64,000 bases of DNA from Mycobacteriales bacterium (lineage in GTDB: Bacteria > Actinomycetota > Actinomycetes > Mycobacteriales > QHCE01). Position 1 is the first letter of the stretch; every line of letters starts with the position of its first letter. The position numbers and the translations under genes were made by a program. Location: positions 1,848-65,847 of the forward strand of contig JBGTNI010000098.1 of assembly GCA_041743105.1 (NCBI GenBank), given 5' to 3'. The notes below the pieces were generated by a model that saw only the letters and a program-made list of their open reading frames with translations, searched no databases and was not told the origin of the DNA. Below, in pieces: positions 9,087 through 18,013 of the stretch.

Positions 9087-10961
9087 GTGAGCGGCATGCG
9101 AGAACGGACTGGACGCCGAGGGTCGCTGGGTCGGATCTTGTGTGGTGGCGTAATCGTTGCTGCTGCACTACTCGGGTTGGGTGCCGCGCCGTCGTCGGCT
9201 GCGGGCTTCGAGCGGATAGAGCGGTATGACGTGGCTATCCAGGTGCGTGAGGGTGGTGACCTCCGCATCGTCGAAACCATCGCCTACGATTTCGACTCCA
9301 GCCGCAAACGCGGCATCTTCCGCGACATTCCGGTGAAATTCCGCTACGACGACACCAAGAACCGGGTCTACCCGATAGAGAATGTGCGTGTCGAACGAGA
9401 TGGCCAGCGGGAACACTTTGAGCGCAGCGAAGACGATTCGGCGGTCCGGTTCAAGATCGGTGAGCAGGACACCACGATCACGGGCCGGCACACCTACGTC
9501 ATCTCCTACACAGTTCGCGGCGCCCTCACCGGTTTCTCCGACCATGACGAGCTGTACTGGGATGCGATCGGGGAGGGCTGGCCGGTGCCCATCGAGAACG
9601 CGGCGGTCACGGTGCGCAGTCCCGTGTCGATCACCAAGGTGGATTGTTTCGCCGGGCCTGTTCGTAGTCGGCTCAGCTGCGACGGTAAGTCTTTCGACGG
9701 ACAGACCGCAACATTCCGTCACGGCGAGCTGTCCCCACGCGAGGCGTTTAGCGTGGTTGTCGCGTTCCCCGCCGACAGCATCGCGGGCACCGGCCCCATC
9801 CTCGAAGACCGGCGCGATGCCGCTGCTGCGTTCCGCGTTACGAATTTCACGATCGTCGCCGCGATCCTGGTTGGGCTGATCGGCACCGGCGTGGCACTGT
9901 TCGTGGCCTGGCGGTTCGGTCGCGACCGGGTGTACGTGGGCCAGATCCCGACCCTGACCCCGGCCGGCGGTCAGGACGGTCCGCAGCGGCGTAAGTCACT
10001 GTGGGGCGCTCCGCCCATTACGGTGCAGTTCACCCCGCCGCAGGGCATCCGGCCCGGTGAGGTGGGAACGTTGCTGGACGAACAGGTCAACACGGTCGAT
10101 GTCACCGCGACGATCGTCGACTTCGCGGTGCGCCGATATCTGCGCATTACCGAGCTCCGCGATGCTGGAGCCGGTGGTCCGGCGCAAGACTGGGAGCTCA
10201 CCAAGCTAGCCGAGGCCGACGATTCCATGGCGATGTATGAGAAGAAGCTGTTCAAGGCGCTGTTCAAGGGGGGCAACAGGGTAAAGCTTTCGGCGCTGAA
10301 GCAGACCTTCGCCAAGAGTTTTCAGGCTGCGCAGCGGGGCCTGTACGACAGTGTGGTGCAGCGCGGCTGGTATCGGAAGAGTCCGAAGCTCACCCGCAGT
10401 GGGGCGTTCGGAGCCGGCGTCGCCGCATTGGTAGTCGCAGCTATCGTGACATTCGCGTTGTACAGGTTCACCCATGTCGCGCTCGTCGGTGTCGGCCTGA
10501 TCGCGGCCGCGCTGGTGGCGCTGATCAGCACTCGATTCATGCCCGCACGCACCGGCCGCGGCAGCGCCGCGCTGGCTCAGGTGCTGGGATTCCGGCAATA
10601 TCTTGCGACAGCCGAGGCCGGCCAGATCGCCTATGAGGAGCGCGAGCAGGTCTTCTCCCGCTACCTGCCGTACGCGATCGTCTTCGGGATCGCCGAGGTG
10701 TGGGCCAACACCTTCAAAGACCTGGGCGCTCTTGCGTCGGATGGCACTGACGGCCTGTACTGGTACACCGGCGTCACCGGCTGGAGCATGGCCTACTTCG
10801 CCAGCTCCATAGGTAGCTTCAGCACCACGACCAGCGGCGCCATAGCTTCCTCGCCACCTTCGGCAGCCGGTTTCTCTGGCATTTCCTCCGGCAGCGGCTT
10901 CTCCGGCGGTGGAGGTTTCTCCGGCGGTGGGGGTGGTGGCGGTGGTGGCGGAAGTTGGTGA
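9087..10961 (+). CDS. DUF2207-family membrane protein with C-terminal poly-Gly tail
   Basis: Signal peptide, extracellular N-domain (YDVAIQVREGGDLRIVETIAYDF), several TM helices and a GFSGGGGFSGGGGGGGGGGSW terminus typical of DUF2207. Confidence 0.75.
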   Translation: MSGMRERTGRRGSLGRILCGGVIVAAALLGLGAAPSSAAGFERIERYDVAIQVREGGDLRIVETIAYDFDSSRKRGIFRDIPVKFRYDDTKNRVYPIENVRVERDGQREHFERSEDDSAVRFKIGEQDTTITGRHTYVISYTVRGALTGFSDHDELYWDAIGEGWPVPIENAAVTVRSPVSITKVDCFAGPVRSRLSCDGKSFDGQTATFRHGELSPREAFSVVVAFPADSIAGTGPILEDRRDAAAAFRVTNFTIVAAILVGLIGTGVALFVAWRFGRDRVYVGQIPTLTPAGGQDGPQRRKSLWGAPPITVQFTPPQGIRPGEVGTLLDEQVNTVDVTATIVDFAVRRYLRITELRDAGAGGPAQDWELTKLAEADDSMAMYEKKLFKALFKGGNRVKLSALKQTFAKSFQAAQRGLYDSVVQRGWYRKSPKLTRSGAFGAGVAALVVAAIVTFALYRFTHVALVGVGLIAAALVALISTRFMPARTGRGSAALAQVLGFRQYLATAEAGQIAYEEREQVFSRYLPYAIVFGIAEVWANTFKDLGALASDGTDGLYWYTGVTGWSMAYFASSIGSFSTTTSGAIASSPPSAAGFSGISSGSGFSGGGGFSGGGGGGGGGGSW

Positions 10962-10970
10962 GCCGCGTGC

Positions 10971-12449
10971 TTAACTGTGCACACCGGCAGGCGTGACCAG
11001 TTCCATCAGCTCGCTCACCGGGCGGGTCAGCAGCTCGTCGGGGTCGGCAAGTGCCGATGCCACCTGTGCGGCCTGTTCGGGCAGCGCAGTCGCCAGCCCG
11101 GCGCGCAGCTTCGCGGTCACGTACGGCTCTGCCTGCGTCCGGCGTGCCGGATGACCCAGCGGGATCCGGACCTCCACCCAGTCCGTGGTACCGCCGTCGA
11201 TGAAGTGCACGCGCAGCGCGTTCGCGACCGCGCGCTCGGCCGGATCGAGATAGGCCCTGCTGTACTCGGCGTCTTCGGTTACATGGGTGAGTGCGCGTAG
11301 CCGGTCGATGCGGGGGTCTGCGGCGACTTCGTCGTAGTAGTGCCGCGAGGTGACCTCGCCGTGGAGCAGTGCCACGGCCACGATGTATTCCAGGCAGTGA
11401 TCGCGGTCGGCCGGATTGGTGAGCGGACCCGACTTTGAGATGATGCGCACCGCGGCCTCATGGGTGCGAATCTCGATGCGCGCTACCCCGTCCACTGCAG
11501 TCTCATTCACGCGATCGCGCTCGTTTGTACGATGGCACAGCTGTGGCCGCAGTGTTACCGCTGCCTCGGCCGCGGTCTGTGCGTGATACTCCGTCGGGTA
11601 CGCGGGTTTGAGCAGCACGTTTTCCATGATGTAACTGCCGAGTTCCCGCTCCAGCGTGAGCGTCGCGCCGCCCAGCAGCGCCTCGGAAAACCCCCACACT
11701 GGGGTGGTGAGTACCGAGCGCACCGGTTCCTCGCCGCGCAACGCCAGGTAGGCAAGCCGCACGCCGCGACTGGTGGCGTCGCCGGCGGCCCACGACTTTC
11801 GAGCCGTGACGTTTGGTGCGTGGCGATAGCTGCGCAGCGCGCCGCCGTCGGCCCACGCGTGCGTGATCGCACTGGTCACCTCCGCGTGCCCCCCGCCCAG
11901 CAGCCGGGTCGCGACCGCCGCGCTGGCGATTCGTACGTTGGCGACATGGTCTAGGCCGTGACGGTTCAACGCCATGCCTAACGCCAGCACGCCCTGAATC
12001 TCGTACGCCTGGATTCCAGCAACCAGTAGGTCCGCGACGGTGGGCGTCGTGGCTGGCGAACGCGTTGTATCAAGCGAGCGCAGCGCCATGTGGTCGGCGA
12101 CTGTCAGCAATGCACCGAAATTGTCCGATGGGTGTCCCCACTCCAGCGCCAGCCATGCGTCGTTGAAATCCAGCCATCGGATCAGCGTGCCGTTGGCGAA
12201 GGCGGCTTGCACCGGATCGCTGCGCCAGCCGGTCCCGATCACCCGGGGTTGCGCGGTTTCGGCCGACGCGAACAGCGGCCGTGCGGTGCGGACCGCGTCG
12301 GGTTCGTCGGTGGCCAGCAGCGCGCAGCCCAACGTGTCCAGCAACGTCAGGTGTGCGGTGCGCAGCGCTAGCTCCGAGTTCAGCCGTGACGGTGCCATCA
12401 CGTAATCGGCGATCTGAGTGATCAAAGCGTCAACGCGACTACGTGGCAT
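10971..12449 (-). CDS. MmgE/PrpD-family dehydratase (2-methylcitrate dehydratase-like)
   Basis: Length and blocks (LLDTLGCALLA, WGHPSDN, SWAAGDATSRGV, PAYPTEYHAQTA, EIRTHEAAVRII) are typical of the PrpD fold. Confidence 0.8.
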   Translation of the reverse strand: MPRSRVDALITQIADYVMAPSRLNSELALRTAHLTLLDTLGCALLATDEPDAVRTARPLFASAETAQPRVIGTGWRSDPVQAAFANGTLIRWLDFNDAWLALEWGHPSDNFGALLTVADHMALRSLDTTRSPATTPTVADLLVAGIQAYEIQGVLALGMALNRHGLDHVANVRIASAAVATRLLGGGHAEVTSAITHAWADGGALRSYRHAPNVTARKSWAAGDATSRGVRLAYLALRGEEPVRSVLTTPVWGFSEALLGGATLTLERELGSYIMENVLLKPAYPTEYHAQTAAEAAVTLRPQLCHRTNERDRVNETAVDGVARIEIRTHEAAVRIISKSGPLTNPADRDHCLEYIVAVALLHGEVTSRHYYDEVAADPRIDRLRALTHVTEDAEYSRAYLDPAERAVANALRVHFIDGGTTDWVEVRIPLGHPARRTQAEPYVTAKLRAGLATALPEQAAQVASALADPDELLTRPVSELMELVTPAGVHS

Positions 12450-13299
12450 ACCGTCGCTCCAACTCCCGGTAGGCGGGCAGATCGATCAGCTGATCACGTT
12501 CGACAAATGAGGTCAGCTGATCGGCGAGTGCTGTGGTGGAGCCGTCGCGTCGCAGCGTGTCGGCGGTTCGGCGCATGGCCGAGATCGCGGCGCGTTGCAG
12601 ATCCGACGGCACGATCATCAGGCGATAGCCGAGCTCCGCGAGGTCGGCGGCGCTCATCAGCGGGGTCTTACCCCCGGCGAACATGTTGATCAGCAACGGC
12701 AGGTCGAGGTGTGCCGCGATCTGCCGAACCTGTGCTACCGACTCCGGTGCCTCCAGGAACAGCATGTCCGCGCCAGCGTTGGCGTAGGCCCGCGCTCGGG
12801 CGAGGGCAGCGTCGAAACCCTCCACCGCGATCGCGTCGGTGCGTGCGATCATCAGCAGGTCGTCGTCGATTCGGGCGTCTACGGCGGCGTGAATCTTCGC
12901 CGACATCTCCGCGGGGGTGATCAACGACTTCGTGTCGTAGTGGCCGCACTTCTTCGGCGTGATCTGATCTTCTAGGTGCAGCGCCGCGACACCGATGCGT
13001 TCCAGTTGCGCGACGGTGCGCGTGACGTTGAGCGGGTTGCCGTACCCGGTGTCGGCATCGGCGATCACCGGGACCCGCGACGCCTCGACGATCTCTCCGA
13101 TCCGACTTGCCATTTCCGTCGCCGAGAGCAGACCTAGGTCCGGCAGGCCGGCGCTGCGCGCGATGGCGCCGCCGCTGGCATAGACCGCCTCGAATCCAGC
13201 CTGCCCGACGATGATCGTCGAGAGCCCGTCGTACACGCCGGGGGCGACTATCAGGCCGGGTCGTTGCAGCAATATCCGAAGTCGTCGAGCGCCTGTCAT
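12439..13299 (-). CDS. isocitrate lyase/PEP mutase superfamily enzyme (methylisocitrate lyase-like)
   Basis: PGVYDGLS, ADADTGYGN, AALHLEDQITPKKCGH and IARTDA motifs. Overlaps the PrpD-like gene by 11 nt, consistent with an operon. Confidence 0.8.
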   Translation of the reverse strand: MTGARRLRILLQRPGLIVAPGVYDGLSTIIVGQAGFEAVYASGGAIARSAGLPDLGLLSATEMASRIGEIVEASRVPVIADADTGYGNPLNVTRTVAQLERIGVAALHLEDQITPKKCGHYDTKSLITPAEMSAKIHAAVDARIDDDLLMIARTDAIAVEGFDAALARARAYANAGADMLFLEAPESVAQVRQIAAHLDLPLLINMFAGGKTPLMSAADLAELGYRLMIVPSDLQRAAISAMRRTADTLRRDGSTTALADQLTSFVERDQLIDLPAYRELERRYAT

Positions 13300-13390
13300 G
13301 CATTCGGCCTTTCGTCGTGTGGTCTTCGACAGTATTGCCGATGTATCCCGCTGCCGAGTGCCAACGCGGCGCCGAGCCGCTACACTGGCA

Positions 13391-13490
13391 GGTGGTACTG
13401 AGCTGATCGTTATTAAGTCAGCCCGTAAGTAGCTAAATTTGCAGGTCAGAAGGCTGAGCTTGTCTAGCTACTTACGTTGCCGATTAATAA
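13391..13490 (+). repeat. ~100-nt nested-hairpin repeat, copy A
   Basis: About 85 percent identical to the reverse complement of 37081-37178. Perfect 12-bp stem cgtaagtagcta (13424-13435) / tagctacttacg (13465-13476). Outer pair ttattaa (13410-13416) / ttaataa (13484-13490). Stop codons in all three frames. Confidence 0.75.
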
Positions 13491-13504
13491 TTAATGTGTC
13501 TACT

Positions 13505-13877
13505 GGGGGTGATTGGTCTCGACTCCGTACGTCGAGACAGGAGAAGCGGGCCGAGGAAGGCGACGATGACCTCGTTAACCATGTGTCGCAAACCAATAAG
13601 TGCCGATGTTAAAGATCGCACTGAGCTCACGCTCGCTGCCTAAGTAGCGACGTGGCTCTGTCAGACCGGGAGTGTCTCCGGCTCGGATCCTGACATCATT
13701 AAGGGGGCTTACCGCTAAGTTCGGTCACGGAGCTGAGTGGGACAATAAACAGTGACTGGGCCTGTCACACCGGCTTGTTCGTAGGAACGGTGAGGTCGAG
13801 TAGAGACACAGCGAACTGCGCCCGGAGAAGTCCTGTTAGAACGGCGGAGGACGCGGGTTCGATTCCCGCCACCTCCA
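13505..13877 (+). ncRNA. ssrA: tmRNA (SsrA)
   Basis: 5' GGGGGUG pairs with 3' CACCUCC, including the G3:U alanine identity pair, and a T-arm GGGUUCGAUUCCC is present. Collinear with mycobacterial tmRNA. Tag frame 13602-13640 encodes ADVKDRTELTLAA, followed by TAA at 13641-13643. CCA is not encoded. Confidence 0.9.
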
Positions 13878-13888
13878 CGAGGCGATTG

Positions 13889-13935
13889 GGCGATCTCTGC
13901 TCGCGAACAGCGCGAGCAGAGATCGCCTCTTTATT
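13889..13935 (+). terminator. intrinsic terminator of ssrA
   Basis: Perfect 17-bp stem ggcgatctctgctcgcg / cgcgagcagagatcgcc with a 5-nt loop, followed by tctttatt. Confidence 0.75.
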
Positions 13936-14153
13936 GTCGTTCGCCTTCGGCTCACACCTGAGGGGGCTTTGCCACCCTCAGACTCCCCCTTGTTGGGGTT
14001 GAGACCTCATCTTTGCGAGAGCCGATCGGGGGGGGGGCGGTGTCATAGGCTCAGTGCACCGCCTAATAACTACCCGTGACTAGATGACTACCAGGTGGGC
14101 AAAGCCGTTCCTGGTGCATTCACCCTGTGACACCAAGCGCTAAAACCGCGCGG

Positions 14154-14438
14154 CTAGCCGTATAACTGACTATGTGTACCAATGAGTGCAAAGATGATAA
14201 CCTCATCTCCTTGTTCAAGGAATAATGCCCGGAAATCGCCGCTAATATTCATGCTCCAGTAGCCGGCATAATTTCCTTTAAGCGGATGAACTCGCAAGCG
14301 TGGATCAGTCCTATCCGTAAGCAGTAAACGCAAGCGTTCACTGAATTGCTGACGAACTTTGGGCGGCAGTTTTTTATACTGCTTTTTGAAGGTAGGTAGG
14401 TACTGGATGCTCACAGCGCTATTTTTCGAGATCGACAA
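14154..14438 (-). CDS. RelE/ParE-family type II toxin (mRNA interferase)
   Basis: SIQYLPTFKKQYKKLPPKVRQQFSERLRLLLTDRTDPRLRVHPLKGNYAGYWSMNISGDFRALF is a classic RelE/StbE pattern. Visibly AT-rich compared with its flanks. An alternative GTG start lies at 14414. Confidence 0.85.
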   Translation of the reverse strand: MSISKNSAVSIQYLPTFKKQYKKLPPKVRQQFSERLRLLLTDRTDPRLRVHPLKGNYAGYWSMNISGDFRALFLEQGDEVIIFALIGTHSQLYG

Positions 14439-14691
14439 TAAAGTCAGTCACATTATCGAACGGTTTGCTCGCTTTGCCGGCAGTTAATTCTGCTTCAACC
14501 TCAGCAATAAGCTGGTCCAACTTGGGTGTAGTGGGCTCGGGCGCGAAAAGTTCGATACGTCGAGTAGCCGAAATATGCCGTAGGTATGAATTGACAAGCG
14601 TGTTTAAGTTCAGGCCCACGCTTTTAGCAACAGACTGTGCCGACTCCTTGACATCCCGGTCCACTCGCACACTGATCACTGTCGTGTTCAT
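14419..14691 (-). CDS. RelB/DinJ-family antitoxin
   Basis: MNTTVISVRVDRDVKESAQSVAKSVGLNLNTLVNSYLRHI matches the DinJ ribbon-helix-helix N-terminus. ATG at 14691; the longer ORF-track start at 14796 adds a non-homologous extension. Lies directly upstream of the toxin and overlaps it. Confidence 0.8.
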   Translation of the reverse strand: MNTTVISVRVDRDVKESAQSVAKSVGLNLNTLVNSYLRHISATRRIELFAPEPTTPKLDQLIAEVEAELTAGKASKPFDNVTDFIVDLEK

Positions 14692-14908
14692 ACTACAAAG
14701 TATGAGCCATAGTAGTAGAAACGTCAAGGGTAATGTTCTCCGATACCCCTCGCCCAGTTGCATCTCGCGTTCGAGCACCACTGGATGGTGCTCCACTTCG
14801 CGACCGTGCCGGGCTGGAACTTATGGTGCCGACCCTTGACTATCGGTTAGCCGCACAATTTCAGAAATGTGACAAAATCGGTAAGTTGTGGAGAAGTAAG
14901 GTTCAGTC

Positions 14909-15517
14909 ATGACCATCCAGATCTCGAGGCCGACCACCCAATCCGGCCTCACCGCTGTAGCCCGCGTGCTCGACGAGGTCTTCGAGATGACCGCGCCCGC
15001 CACGATGTTTCGCGTCGGCTTCATGAACGACTTCATTCGCTCGGATCAGTTGATCCTCTTGGCCGGGTCGGATACCGAACCTCTCGGCGCGATCGTTGCG
15101 CTTCGTGGCCGGACCCACATCGAGCTGCCCGACATGGTGGTTGCGGTGAGTCATCAAGGCAGGGGCATCGGTCGTCAGCTGTTCGAGGCCCTGACCCAAT
15201 GGACTCGGGACGAAGGCTTCGACGAGATTCGCTGGTGCGTCTCACCCTCCAATCTCGGCGGAGTCGCTGCCTATCTCGCCTATGGCGCTCGAATCGTGGG
15301 ATGGATCGATAACGCCTACGGCGTTGCCTCCGACCCCTTCTACACGGGCACGACGGATCGCTTCCGGGGAGCCTGGCGAGCCGGGGGTTGGCCGGCGACA
15401 GCTGGCTCGCGGCTGGTTCACCACGACGAGCATCAACAGCTTCGGACTCTCCTGCTCGATGGTTGGCAGATCGTCGAGCGTAGTGGCGAGCAGTACACGC
15501 TCGTGTCCACGAAGTAG
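14909..15517 (+). CDS. GNAT-family N-acetyltransferase
   Basis: Acetyl-CoA motif A: VVAVSHQGRGIGRQLFEALTQWTRDEGFDEIRWCV. Confidence 0.8.
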   Translation: MTIQISRPTTQSGLTAVARVLDEVFEMTAPATMFRVGFMNDFIRSDQLILLAGSDTEPLGAIVALRGRTHIELPDMVVAVSHQGRGIGRQLFEALTQWTRDEGFDEIRWCVSPSNLGGVAAYLAYGARIVGWIDNAYGVASDPFYTGTTDRFRGAWRAGGWPATAGSRLVHHDEHQQLRTLLLDGWQIVERSGEQYTLVSTK

Positions 15518-15596
15518 CAAAGTGGTTGGTGAAGGCTCCCGCCAATATTTACGGGGGTATAGTTCTGAGGACTACAGTCCCATAAGTTGAGGAGCT

Positions 15597-17063
15597 ATGG
15601 ACAAGCCCTTTGACATGTTCGATCGCGACTTTGAATGGTCAGCCTTATCGCGTTTCGTCAAAGACGATCAGCCGGGAGCAATGCTAGGTGTGGTCTCCGG
15701 TCGTCGACGCCAAGGCAAGACCTACCTACTTGACGCTGCCTGCCGACAGGCCGGAGGCTTCTACTACGGGGCAGTAGAAGCGACTGAGGCCGAATCCCTT
15801 CGTCGTATTGGCGCCGCTCTTACCGACTATCTACGTCCTGCGGTTCCGTTCCATCCGGCAAGCTGGTTCGAAGTCGTCGACGCGCTGCTAGCGCTGGGAG
15901 GGCAACGTGCGACTCCGGTCGTCATCGATGAGTTTCCGTACCTGGTGAAGGCTAGCCCGTCGTTGCCCTCGATCATTCAGCATGCGTTCGGCCCACTCGC
16001 CGAACCGCGAATTGGCTCTAGGTCACGCCTACTCCTCTGCGGTTCAGCGCTGTCTTTCATGGGACAACTACTGGCCGGAAATGCCCCGCTTCGCGGCCGC
16101 GCCGGCCTTGAGCTCGTGGTGCCGACCCTCGACTATCGCCTGGCAGCGCGATTCTGGGAAATCGCTGAGCCCACACTGGCGGTGAAGGTCAACGCGATCG
16201 TCGGCGGCACTCCGGCCTACCGTCGTGAATTCGTTCGCAACGACGTTCCCGCCGACCGCGATGACTTCGACAATTGGGTGACGCGAACCGTACTCAGCCC
16301 CGAAAGCCCCCTCTTTCGGGAGGCGCGTTACCTACTGGCCGAGGAGCCCGACCTACGAGGTACCGCGCTTTACCACTCGGTGCTGGCCGCGGTTGCCGGT
16401 GGCGACACCACCCGTGGCGCAATTGCGGGAAGCCTTGGCCGCAAGTCCGCCGACATCGCCCATCCGCTGAACGTGCTCGAAGATGTCGGCTTGCTGAGCA
16501 GACAGGCCGACATTTTCCGTGATAACAGGTCCAGCTACCGCATAGCTGAACCGTTGATCGCCTTCTACCACGCGGTGATGCGCCCAGTCTGGGACCAACT
16601 GGAACGGCCCGGCTCCGCGGCCGCGGTATGGCGCAACAGTAGGAGTAGATATCTCAGCAACGTGGTGGGCCCACATTTCGAGCAGATCTGTCGATCGTGG
16701 GCGATGTTCTACGCCAGTGACGTCTTCGGCGATATACCGGCGAAAGTCGGTAGCGGCGTCGTCCATGACGTTCTCAGACAGACCAGTCACGAGGTTGATG
16801 TCGCCGTGGTCGGTGTTGCCGATGGCGGCCGCCCGCCACTGCTCTCGATCGGCGAGGTTAAGTGGAACGAGGCCATGGGCGCCAGTCACCTACAGCGGCT
16901 CCGCCACATCAAGTCACTGCTGGATTCCAGCGACCGCTACGAAACCTCAGCCACTGTGCTGACCTGTTACAGCGGTGTCGGGTTCACCCCGGAACTTCAC
17001 CGTTGCGCCGAGCAAGGCCAGGTGATGTTGATCGGGTTGGACGAGCTGTACGCCGATTCTTGA
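15597..17063 (+). CDS. AAA ATPase (Arch_ATPase-like) with C-terminal DUF234/PD-(D/E)xK-like nuclease domain
   Basis: Walker A GRRRQGKTYLL and Walker B VVIDEFPYL. The C-terminal HEVDVAVVG ..17 aa.. IGEVKW fits a D...ExK restriction-endonuclease-fold motif. Confidence 0.7.
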   Translation: MDKPFDMFDRDFEWSALSRFVKDDQPGAMLGVVSGRRRQGKTYLLDAACRQAGGFYYGAVEATEAESLRRIGAALTDYLRPAVPFHPASWFEVVDALLALGGQRATPVVIDEFPYLVKASPSLPSIIQHAFGPLAEPRIGSRSRLLLCGSALSFMGQLLAGNAPLRGRAGLELVVPTLDYRLAARFWEIAEPTLAVKVNAIVGGTPAYRREFVRNDVPADRDDFDNWVTRTVLSPESPLFREARYLLAEEPDLRGTALYHSVLAAVAGGDTTRGAIAGSLGRKSADIAHPLNVLEDVGLLSRQADIFRDNRSSYRIAEPLIAFYHAVMRPVWDQLERPGSAAAVWRNSRSRYLSNVVGPHFEQICRSWAMFYASDVFGDIPAKVGSGVVHDVLRQTSHEVDVAVVGVADGGRPPLLSIGEVKWNEAMGASHLQRLRHIKSLLDSSDRYETSATVLTCYSGVGFTPELHRCAEQGQVMLIGLDELYADS

Positions 17064-17106
17064 GATTCCAGAAAGCTCCTGAGAAGTGGTAACGCAAGTA
17101 GGTATC

Positions 17107-17138
17107 TCACGTATATACCTTGACAGGTATATACGTGA
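17107..17138. promoter_or_regulatory. perfect 14-4-14 palindrome, probable ArsR-family operator overlapping a -35-like TTGACA
   Basis: tcacgtatatacct tgac aggtatatacgtga. TTGACA lies at 17120-17125. It ends 13 nt before the ATG of the ArsR gene, which suggests a short or leaderless transcript. Confidence 0.6.
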
Positions 17139-17150
17139 TTTGGCATATTA

Positions 17151-17477
17151 ATGTGCGTGACGAATGCCATCTGGTCTGCGTTGCTGGATCCGCACCGGCG
17201 AGCGGTGCTCGATCGGTTACGCGAACGCGCGTATCCGGTCGGTGAACTGGTTGAGGAACTTAGGTGGACTCAGCCAGCCGCGTCCAAGCATCTGAAGGTG
17301 CTACGCGATGCCGGTCTTGTGCGGGTACGCAAGGAGGCACAACAACGCATCTACTCGATCGACCCTGGCCCGATCGCCGAACTCGACGCGTGGATCGCGC
17401 CCTACCGGCGGCTGTGGAACGACCGGCTCGATGCGCTCGCTCGACACCTCGACGATAACGATGAGAAGGAGAAATGA
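17151..17477 (+). CDS. ArsR/SmtB-family transcriptional regulator
   Basis: wHTH: HRRAVLDRLRERAYPVGELVEELRWTQPAASKHLKVLRDAGLVRVRKEAQQRIYS. Confidence 0.9.
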   Translation: MCVTNAIWSALLDPHRRAVLDRLRERAYPVGELVEELRWTQPAASKHLKVLRDAGLVRVRKEAQQRIYSIDPGPIAELDAWIAPYRRLWNDRLDALARHLDDNDEKEK

Positions 17478-17995
17478 TGGACCGCGGAACCTACATCGAG
17501 TACAACGGCCGTCCTGCCGTGCGTTTCCAGCGCAGCTATCCATATCCGATCGAGCGACTCTGGGCGGCTGTCACCCAACCCGACGAACTCGAACACTGGT
17601 TCCCCTCCGCGGTGAAAATCGAGCCACGCGTTGGAGGGACGATCGAGTTTTTCGACGACCCCAACACCGAGCCGACTACTGGCACGATCCTGGTCTTCGA
17701 CCCGCCTCGTCGCCTCGCATTCACGTGGTCTGGCGACGAACTTGTCTTCGAGCTGGAACCGACGGGTGGCCACGGCTGCGAGCTGACACTCATCAACTTG
17801 CTGGAAGCGCGCGACACCGCCGCGCGTAATGCCGCCGGTTGGAGCGTTTGCCTTATCGAGCTCGATAAGCATCTCTCCGGCAAGGGCGCCGATGGCCCGC
17901 ACAGTGACACAGCCGAGCCATGGCGTCCGCACTACGACGCCTACGTCGCCGCTGGCATGCCCTCGGGGGCGGAGATTCCGGGGGAGACCACCTAA
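17474..17995 (+). CDS. SRPBCC (Aha1/START-like) domain protein
   Basis: RSYPYPIERLWAAVTQPDELEHWFP ... RLAFTW pattern. Has a 4-nt overlap with the ArsR gene, a common pairing. Confidence 0.8.
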   Translation: MMDRGTYIEYNGRPAVRFQRSYPYPIERLWAAVTQPDELEHWFPSAVKIEPRVGGTIEFFDDPNTEPTTGTILVFDPPRRLAFTWSGDELVFELEPTGGHGCELTLINLLEARDTAARNAAGWSVCLIELDKHLSGKGADGPHSDTAEPWRPHYDAYVAAGMPSGAEIPGETT

Positions 17996-18013
17996 GGGAT
18001 GAGCTGCACCGAT

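Noticed and set aside
10880-10958. ggcggtgg-type short tandem repeats as a VNTR or CRISPR-like array
   Set aside because: They are in frame and encode the poly-Gly C-terminal tail characteristic of DUF2207 proteins. There is no spacer-repeat periodicity.
13878-17100. Classical integrase-bearing genomic island at the tmRNA 3' end
   Set aside because: No tyrosine or serine recombinase ORF is present, and I found no duplicated copy of the ssrA 3' terminus in the window. Only the relBE pair is compositionally deviant.
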